Source: Syntrophales bacterium
GTDB taxonomy: Bacteria > Desulfobacterota > Syntrophia > Syntrophales > PHBD01
DNA length: 64,000 nt
Direction of reading: 5' to 3'
Assembly (NCBI GenBank): GCA_963668175.1
Contig: OY764159.1
Location: 2,208,001 to 2,272,000 of the forward strand
This document shows, piece after piece, positions 57,602 through 64,000 of this stretch; the stretch's first letter is position 1; the number at the start of each line of letters is the position of its first letter. A program made the position numbers and the translations under genes. The notes beneath the pieces are model-generated. The model was not told the origin of the DNA, did not search any database, and was given only the letters and a program-made list of their open reading frames with translations.

Positions 57602-58780
57602 TCAGAGCGCCGCTTTCGCGCCCGCCCTGATCGCCATAACGATCTTCTCCACGGAGGCGTCGTCCATCTTGATGTTGAGGCCGAACATGACCGCGCGGCT
57701 GAGGATCGCGTCGCTTGCGGCCATCGTCGCCGGCGCGTACGAGGGCGTCTTCGTGCCGAAGTAGTCCTTCCCGCCCATGTCTTCGAGGGCCTTCCAGTGC
57801 TTCGCGTAATGCCACGTGTTGTCCGCGATGATCGCGCACTTGCTGCCGGCCATGGCCGTTGCGTCCTGAAATTTCTTCGCGGCCTCCGCGGTGGGCATGA
57901 GGAAAACGACGTGCGTCGCCGTGTCGCCCGCGGGGTCGTTCTCGGGGCGCGGCCTGATGCCCGTCGCTTTGACGGCGTCGAGGATCTTCTTCTTGGTGGC
58001 GCGCAGGAGCCCCAAAGCCATCTGCATCTTGCCCAGCGCCACGAGGCCCAGTGCGCCCTGGATCTCGCTGATGCGGTAGTTCACGCCCAGTCCGGACTTG
58101 GCGTCCGCGCCGCGGTCGTGGGCCTTGCTGTGGACGTGCCCGTGGTCGTGGTAGTATTCCATCCTGCCGTAGATCCCCTCGTCGTCGGTGAGGACGATGC
58201 CGCCCTCGCCGATCGTGAGCGTCTTGTTGGGGTCGAAGCTCCATGCGCCGCAGGTGCCGATCGCGCCGAGGCAGCGCCCCTTGTAGGTGCCGCCGACGAC
58301 TTCGCAGGCGTCCTCGATGACGGGGATGTTGTACTTTTTGCCGATGGCGGCGAAAGCGTCCATGTCCGCCGCAACGCCGAACATGTGCACGGGCATGATG
58401 GCCTTCGTCTTCGGCGTGATGAGCTTCTCGACGGAGGCGGGACTCAGGCTCAGGGTCTCGTCGATGTCGCCCAGGATCGGCACGGCGTCGCAGGCGACGA
58501 TGGCCTCGATGGACGCGATGAACGTGAACGGCGTCGTGATGACCTCGTCGCCGGGTTTGATGCCGATCCCCTTGAGCGCCACGATGAGCGCCGCCGTCCC
58601 GCTGGAGAGCGCCAGCGCGTATTTCGCGCCGGCGATCGCCTTTGCCTTGTCCTCGAATTCGTCCACGCGGTAGTGGCCCTTCCTTGCGTCGTGCGAACCG
58701 TAGCGGTGGATCATCTTCCTTTCGATCACGTCCACGACGGCCTTGATCTCTTCGCTGTCGAATATCTCCGTGCCTGCCAT
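57602..58780 (-). CDS. DegT/DnrJ/EryC1/StrS PLP sugar aminotransferase (KdnA-like)
   Basis: SSGTAAL, TFIAS, PVHM, EDAC, SFDPNK, GEGG; DHGHVH...DRGA and WHY motifs. Confidence 0.9.
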   Translation of the reverse strand: MAGTEIFDSEEIKAVVDVIERKMIHRYGSHDARKGHYRVDEFEDKAKAIAGAKYALALSSGTAALIVALKGIGIKPGDEVITTPFTFIASIEAIVACDAVPILGDIDETLSLSPASVEKLITPKTKAIMPVHMFGVAADMDAFAAIGKKYNIPVIEDACEVVGGTYKGRCLGAIGTCGAWSFDPNKTLTIGEGGIVLTDDEGIYGRMEYYHDHGHVHSKAHDRGADAKSGLGVNYRISEIQGALGLVALGKMQMALGLLRATKKKILDAVKATGIRPRPENDPAGDTATHVVFLMPTAEAAKKFQDATAMAGSKCAIIADNTWHYAKHWKALEDMGGKDYFGTKTPSYAPATMAASDAILSRAVMFGLNIKMDDASVEKIVMAIRAGAKAAL

Positions 58781-59084
58781 GCTTTATGCCTCCTTTTAAA
58801 TACGGTGGAGGCCGCACCGGCTGGATAACCCTGTGCGGCCCCGATCATTCTTTTAACAGTCTGCCGGAGTATATCGGGATGAACCGGTCGCGTCAATGGG
58901 ATTTTGAACGGACGAAAGGCGCACCGGGTTTTATCCGCACTCGCAGATGCGAAGAGTATGATTCTCCGGATTCTTCCCCGCAAGTTTAGGATTAGCAGAT
59001 TTTTGTTGACACGGGTGTGTTTGTCATGTAAAAATTGACAAAAATAACATAATAAAAAATAATGTAAGGGAATGATTGACAGCC

Positions 59085-59555
59085 ATGGAGCGACAGATAC
59101 CGAAGGACATGCAGCAGTGCTGGGATGACGGCACAAGACATCCGGACCCGCTCAAGGCGCTTGATGCGACGAAGCAGTTCTGGCCGCTCTGGGCGCAGTG
59201 GCAGGCGTCCCTCGCCCGCGAGGCGATGGCCGGCGGCGCGACATGGGATGACATCGGCCGTGCCATGGGCACCAGCCGGCAGGCCGCCTGGGGCAAGTTC
59301 AAGGCTGCCGTGGAGGGAGACAAGGAGCTTGAGATGGAAAAGGAAAGCGAACGTAAAATCAAGGAGACGATCAGGGAGATACAGGCGAGGGGACACGAAC
59401 GCGACAGGGCGCTGGCGGCCGACCGGAAGCATCTGCGCGACGACCTGCGGGCATTGGACAGGAAGAGGGCGCAGGAAAGGAAGGAGCTGAAACAGCAGAT
59501 TGACGAACTTCGCGGACGCCTGGCCCAAGGGCGATCCCGGCATCGCAACGTATAG
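59085..59555 (+). CDS. HTH plus coiled-coil hypothetical protein
   Basis: GATWDDIGRAMGTSRQAAWGKF helix-turn-helix; charged helical C-terminus. Confidence 0.7.
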   Translation: MERQIPKDMQQCWDDGTRHPDPLKALDATKQFWPLWAQWQASLAREAMAGGATWDDIGRAMGTSRQAAWGKFKAAVEGDKELEMEKESERKIKETIREIQARGHERDRALAADRKHLRDDLRALDRKRAQERKELKQQIDELRGRLAQGRSRHRNV

Positions 59556-59684
59556 CTTCTCCTACTTTCCCGCGATGGCCGGCGATGACAGCGGATGCCG
59601 TAAGGCGGCAAGCGGCGGGACCGTCCGCCCGCGCGTGTCCGCAAAATGCCGTACGATCGGACGGCGCACAGGCCCGCTTTGCCC

Positions 59685-60560
59685 CTATTCGCCGGGGTCG
59701 TAGGCCCTTTCGGGAATCGCGGGAAGAGGCCCCTTGCCTTTCAACTCCTTCTCGATGAACCAGTCGATGAGCTTCCGGGCGATGCTGACCTTGCCGGGGA
59801 CCGGCGGCAGGTCGTCCGGCGCGAACCAGCCGGCGTCGACGATCTCCTCCGGGTCCTCCCTGATCTCTCCGCCCGCATACTCGGCGGTGAAGCCGATCAT
59901 GAGGGAGTCGGGATACGGCCAGGGCTGGCTCCCGAAATAGCGGATGTTTTTGACCCTGATGCCGACCTCCTCCCCGATCTCGCGGTGGACCGTGTCTTCC
60001 AGCGATTCGCCCGGCTCCACGAAACCGGCGAGCACGCTGTAGAAGGGCAGGGCGAAACGCCGCCCGCGGGCGAGGAGCATCTTGCCGTCTCTCTCCACAA
60101 GGACGATCACGGCTGGCGATATCTTGGGGAAGGCCGTAAGTCCGCAGCCGGGGCATTGCAGCGCGTTCAGTTCCGCGCCGGGGGCCGTCTCGTGTCCGCA
60201 GCGGCCGCAGTAGCGGGCCGTCCCTTCCCAGGCGGTGAGGTGCATGGTCCTGACGGCGACGGCGTGAAGCGCCTCCGGCAGGCGGCCGAACAGGTAGCGC
60301 AGGCCGTAGAGGCCCATGCCGGGCGGGACGGGGGCGTCCTTTGCGATTTCGGCGCGGAAGCAGTGGCGGCCGTCGAGGATGCCCAGGTATTTCTCGCGAA
60401 TGGGCGTAAGCCCCAGCGACGCCGGATCGTCCACGAAGGGGACGGAGAACGATGTGCCGTTGGGTGCGGCGAGAAGTTTTCCCGCCGAGAAGATGAACCA
60501 CCAGGCCGGTTCGGCCTTCGCCTGCGGCAGCGCGCCTGTGGGAATAATCAATCGGTCCAT
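59685..60560 (-). CDS. nudC: NAD(+)/NADH diphosphatase NudC
   Basis: YCGRCG...CPGC zinc ribbon; AGFVEPGESLE...REIGEEVG Nudix box; SQPWPYP. Confidence 0.93.
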   Translation of the reverse strand: MDRLIIPTGALPQAKAEPAWWFIFSAGKLLAAPNGTSFSVPFVDDPASLGLTPIREKYLGILDGRHCFRAEIAKDAPVPPGMGLYGLRYLFGRLPEALHAVAVRTMHLTAWEGTARYCGRCGHETAPGAELNALQCPGCGLTAFPKISPAVIVLVERDGKMLLARGRRFALPFYSVLAGFVEPGESLEDTVHREIGEEVGIRVKNIRYFGSQPWPYPDSLMIGFTAEYAGGEIREDPEEIVDAGWFAPDDLPPVPGKVSIARKLIDWFIEKELKGKGPLPAIPERAYDPGE

Positions 60561-60564
60561 GGGC

Positions 60565-61020
60565 TCAAACCTTCGCCACGGCGGCAACGAGCGTTTTGCC
60601 CATCTCGAAGCAGCGCTTCCGGGCCTCGTCGTCGATGGGGCGGCTGCAGGACACCGTTTCGCCCGTGCGCCTGAAAAAGCGGTCCGCGAAGGTTTCAAAG
60701 GGCTGCTTGGCGCGTCCGCCGCCCCCGTGAGACATGAACAGGGACGCGGGCTTCCCCTTGACGGGCTGCCCCGCCTGGTCCCACAGATAAAGATCGTCGA
60801 AGAAGGTCTTGATCGTGCCGGCGGGGTAGGAAAAATAATCCGGCGTGCCCAGCGCGAAGGCGTCCGCCCCAAGGACGTCTTCCAGCTTGACGCGGCAGAC
60901 GTTCGTGTCGATCAAGGTCACTTCGCCGCCCGCATCGCAGACGCCCGCGGCGACTTCCTCGGCCAGTATCTTTGTATTGCCGTACTGCTGGCTGTGATAG
61001 ACGATAAGGATGTTGGTCAT
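60565..61020 (-). CDS. flavodoxin family protein
   Basis: IVYHSQQYGNT, GTPDYF, SHGGGG. Confidence 0.9.
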   Translation of the reverse strand: MTNILIVYHSQQYGNTKILAEEVAAGVCDAGGEVTLIDTNVCRVKLEDVLGADAFALGTPDYFSYPAGTIKTFFDDLYLWDQAGQPVKGKPASLFMSHGGGGRAKQPFETFADRFFRRTGETVSCSRPIDDEARKRCFEMGKTLVAAVAKV

Positions 61021-61154
61021 GAATAGCCCCCTGAATGCTTCACTCCCTGTTTTTTACCACTCTTTTTGTTGAGAGAGAAATACTTTTTCGGGGGGGTGTG
61101 ATCGCCGAAGATTTCGACGCAGCAAGGTACTGTATTTCCGAAGCACTTCACTTA

Positions 61155-61967
61155 TCAAGAACTGCGATAAGCATATTGCTGCAAATCTTCCGGCGTTATG
61201 CTCGATGCAGCGACTAATTGATAGTGCTTTTCGTCGATCACCCTGATTTCGCCTTGATTTACAGTAAGTTCGAACATAGCTATTCTGTCTTCGCTCATAA
61301 ACTGCGCCGATACGGCCCGGCAGATGAGATTGGGAAACTTTTCTGCACAGCATAGAACGTCCTGTTGCGTTTGAACTACGCCATGCATATCGCTGCCGCC
61401 TTTAGCTTGTACGGGAACGACGAATTGTCTTCCGTGTCGGTCTATGCCAACATAAATCTCGTCTATTTCGATTTGTCCGACAGCCTTTACTGTCGTCCTT
61501 AAATGATTCTGAAGCGAAAAAGCCGTAATTCCTAAGAATACGTCGACAAGTCTGTTATAGCGAACTTTTGCGAGTAGTGCTTGTTCGTCTCCTAGCGCAT
61601 AAGCAGAAATAATCTCGGGTGTTGCGTCGGGCACTTTTATCGCGAGTAATTCTTCGCGCGGAATAATGCGATTCAAATGCACCTGCTTGAATCTATAGCG
61701 TGCCCGGCCTGCGCCTTCGATAATCCATTCATAGCCTTCGGGGGCTGTTACCGCAATTTTCTCCGGCAACTCGTTACGGTAACGGAATGAATAAATCACA
61801 TCTCCCACGTTCTTCGGAAGAACGATCTTTAATTTTTTTGCTATCGATTCGAACTCGCCTCTAGTAAATTCGAAATCCGTTATATTTGTTTCGAAATGAT
61901 TAAAGAATACCTGGGTTATAATGGCTTGGTAACGATTGCGTTTTTTTTCGGCTTGCTTGTCAACCAT
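61155..61967 (-). CDS. putative type II restriction endonuclease (PD-(D/E)XK)
   Basis: DEQALL...EIDEIY...PVQAK; overlaps the end of the methyltransferase gene; low GC. Confidence 0.75.
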   Translation of the reverse strand: MVDKQAEKKRNRYQAIITQVFFNHFETNITDFEFTRGEFESIAKKLKIVLPKNVGDVIYSFRYRNELPEKIAVTAPEGYEWIIEGAGRARYRFKQVHLNRIIPREELLAIKVPDATPEIISAYALGDEQALLAKVRYNRLVDVFLGITAFSLQNHLRTTVKAVGQIEIDEIYVGIDRHGRQFVVPVQAKGGSDMHGVVQTQQDVLCCAEKFPNLICRAVSAQFMSEDRIAMFELTVNQGEIRVIDEKHYQLVAASSITPEDLQQYAYRSS

Positions 61968-63249
61968 ATGCCTCCTTCCACAGGTCCAGATTGGCTGAAT
62001 TTTTCCCGCGCGTGCGTTGCGGGATAGTATCGTGCGGGACTCCGAAATATCGCGCTGCACTACCCATATCGTAAGATAATAAGATTGGGTCGCCAAGATC
62101 AAGCATTGCTTGGGGCTTCTTTGGATTATATTCTAAAGCCTTAACGATTTGGTTTGCAACGGCGCGCGCTAGTAATGGCGGTACGCTATTCCCGATCTGT
62201 CGAAATCCATGCCACTTAGTGACGTGGAATCGGAACCAATCCGGATAAGAATGAAGACGTGCGGCTTCTCTTACGGTAATGACGCGCGGAAAAGAAGGAT
62301 GAATAGGCCGCGGCGACGTGAATGCACCGCGCGCGCTGTCCGTACCCGCACGTAGCGTATTGCAGAGACCGTCAGGTGGCAGTTTACGGAAATGGCTCAC
62401 GGGTTCTACCTTACCATGCGGTGTCGCCGAAAACCGTTTTATCGAGATTTCCGTGTGTGCTGTGCGAAGACTTGAGGTCAGTATATCGGTGTCGTATTTT
62501 CGTTTGTAAGCAAAATCGTAGGAATCGGGGACGAGACCTCTCAATTTTTTCGCATATGTTCCGTTCGACTCCCATTTTGTTCGAACTGCGTCCGATGAAA
62601 TCAATTCGGAAAAAAGATCGGCATCCGGTAAGTCCCCAATCGCATCCCAAACGGTTGTTTCTTGTTCGATTGCCTTTGGATATTTTGGTAATTTCATATC
62701 GTTTCTTGCGCCGATAACGAAAAGCCTTCGACGATCTTGCGGCACACCGAAATGTGCGGCGTTAAGAACCTGGTACGGCGACGTCACACGGTAACCGGCA
62801 TCGCATAGTGCTTCGATCAGTTCGTCTAGGAAAGTCGCATGTTTCCCCAGCATCAACCCTCTCACGTTTTCGAATACGAAATACTTCGGTTTCAATTCTG
62901 AAAGGATGCGAACATAGTGAAAAACTAACTGATTTCGTGGATCGTCTAGAGCTCTCTTGCCGATTAGAGAAAACCCTTGGCAAGGTGCACCGCCGAACAG
63001 AACATCTACTTCGGTATCGTCCAGGCCTGTTCTGCGGCGTATATCCGTACCAGTCATCTTTATAACATCGGCACAGATTGTCTTAGTGAGGGGAAAGTTG
63101 AATTTATGAGTTGCGCAGTGAATGGGATCTATTTCTACCGCTGCTGCAATGTCGAATCCCGCCTGCTCGAATCCGAGAGACATACCTCCGGCTCCGGCGA
63201 AAAGATCGATGCCGATAGGGCGATTCTTATTCTTTGTCGATGAAATCAT
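61960..63249 (-). CDS. dcm: DNA (cytosine-5) methyltransferase
   Basis: DLFAGAGG, GAPCQGFS, FENV, PQDRRR, TVREAARL, QIGNSVPP. Confidence 0.96.
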   Translation of the reverse strand: MISSTKNKNRPIGIDLFAGAGGMSLGFEQAGFDIAAAVEIDPIHCATHKFNFPLTKTICADVIKMTGTDIRRRTGLDDTEVDVLFGGAPCQGFSLIGKRALDDPRNQLVFHYVRILSELKPKYFVFENVRGLMLGKHATFLDELIEALCDAGYRVTSPYQVLNAAHFGVPQDRRRLFVIGARNDMKLPKYPKAIEQETTVWDAIGDLPDADLFSELISSDAVRTKWESNGTYAKKLRGLVPDSYDFAYKRKYDTDILTSSLRTAHTEISIKRFSATPHGKVEPVSHFRKLPPDGLCNTLRAGTDSARGAFTSPRPIHPSFPRVITVREAARLHSYPDWFRFHVTKWHGFRQIGNSVPPLLARAVANQIVKALEYNPKKPQAMLDLGDPILLSYDMGSAARYFGVPHDTIPQRTRGKNSANLDLWKEAYG

Positions 63250-63637
63250 TTATTTTTTTCTTTAATTTTTCGATGTCCTTTAGTTCGCATTGCCATATCG
63301 TGAGAGATTTCCAATCGTTCTCTGCCAGCGATTCTATATTTCTTTTATCTCTTTCTTTATTTTTCGAGATCTTTTCTCGCCAGTAACGAACACGCGATTT
63401 CGGAAGTCGTCCATATCTGCAGTCTATGTGTCCATGCCAAAAACAGCCGTTTATAAAGATGACTTTTCGGCGACCTCGAAATACCAAATCCGGTTTTCCC
63501 GGTAAACTTTTGTCGTGTAATCTATAGCGATATCCCATGCCGAAAATTAGACGACGTATGGCGACTTCCGTGGTCGTGTTTTTCGGCATCACATGGCTCA
63601 TCAGCCAACTGCGCCGTTCCTTGCTTAGCCTGTCCAC
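63227..63637 (-). CDS. vsr: very short patch repair endonuclease
   Basis: D......RS..M...NT..E, LPGKPDLVF, FINGCFWHGH, N..RD, IWQC. Confidence 0.95.
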   Translation of the reverse strand: MDRLSKERRSWLMSHVMPKNTTTEVAIRRLIFGMGYRYRLHDKSLPGKPDLVFRGRRKVIFINGCFWHGHIDCRYGRLPKSRVRYWREKISKNKERDKRNIESLAENDWKSLTIWQCELKDIEKLKKKINDFIDKE

Positions 63638-63843
63638 TTATTGCCTTATATTGGAAACCCACTTTCCATTTCGGCCAGGAAAGATCGATAAGAGGCTTCT
63701 TATTTTGCGATTTTCATAGTTCTTGTGAAGTGTCGAAAGAATCTACATCTTTCCATGCCGCCTGTCAAATGTCGTTTGAAGAAATGCAGCAAACGAAATT
63801 ATTAATCATAGGTTATTTGCATACGAATTCTTTGCTCCAAGAT

Positions 63844-64000
63844 TCAGCCCTTCCCGATGGCCTTCCCCGAAAAGCCGGTGACGGTTTGCGCCTTGTATTT
63901 TCCCACGCGTTCCCTGTAGATGCGGACGGCGTTTTCGTTCCCCCTGATCTCCTCGTCGGTCAGGTCCCGGATGCGCTTGGCGGGGACGCCCAGGATCAGG
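63844..64000 (-). CDS. C-terminal end of a gamma-carbonic-anhydrase / hexapeptide-repeat family protein (5' part outside the window)
   Basis: Manual translation: LILGVPAKRIRDLTDEEIRGNENAVRIYRERVGKYK...GKG*. Confidence 0.7.
   Translation of the reverse strand, partial: LILGVPAKRIRDLTDEEIRGNENAVRIYRERVGKYKAQTVTGFSGKAIGKG

Noticed and set aside
1..64000. tRNA, rRNA or known riboswitches
   Set aside because: No cloverleaf, rRNA-like or recognisable aptamer consensus seen by eye; a covariance-model scan would be needed to exclude them fully.

Overview
A GC-rich bacterial chromosome segment, most consistent with an anaerobic deltaproteobacterium (Syntrophales/Desulfobacterota-like). This is an inference from the PEP-CTERM proteins, ADP-forming acyl-CoA ligase, Tat flavocytochrome c and apparent selenocysteine use. 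Ordinary metabolic and envelope genes alternate with lower-GC accessory patches. I saw no rRNA, tRNA, CRISPR array, integrase or transposase. Main observations: (1) A UbiD-family decarboxylase with an apparent Sec signal peptide lies divergent from lpdD-like, ubiX and an MFS transporter, which suggests a periplasmic prFMN enzyme with cofactor export. (2) A phage-free operon encodes a papain-like peptidase, a GH19 lysozyme, a transglutaminase/Het-C-like fusion and a holin-like IPT/TIG membrane protein. (3) A subtilase plus MBL-hydrolase pair and a stand-alone metallophosphoesterase-STAND NTPase are candidate defence systems. (4) Three copies of a MITE-like repeat contain independently inserted 18-21 bp tail-plus-hairpin units. 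(5) A Cys-Sec selenoprotein gene is missing from the ORF track. (6) There is a solitary attC site, repeated duplication of gene 3' ends around accessory genes, sigma54-controlled PEP-CTERM loci and a vsr-dcm-endonuclease cassette. All family assignments come from motif recognition by eye; no searches were run.
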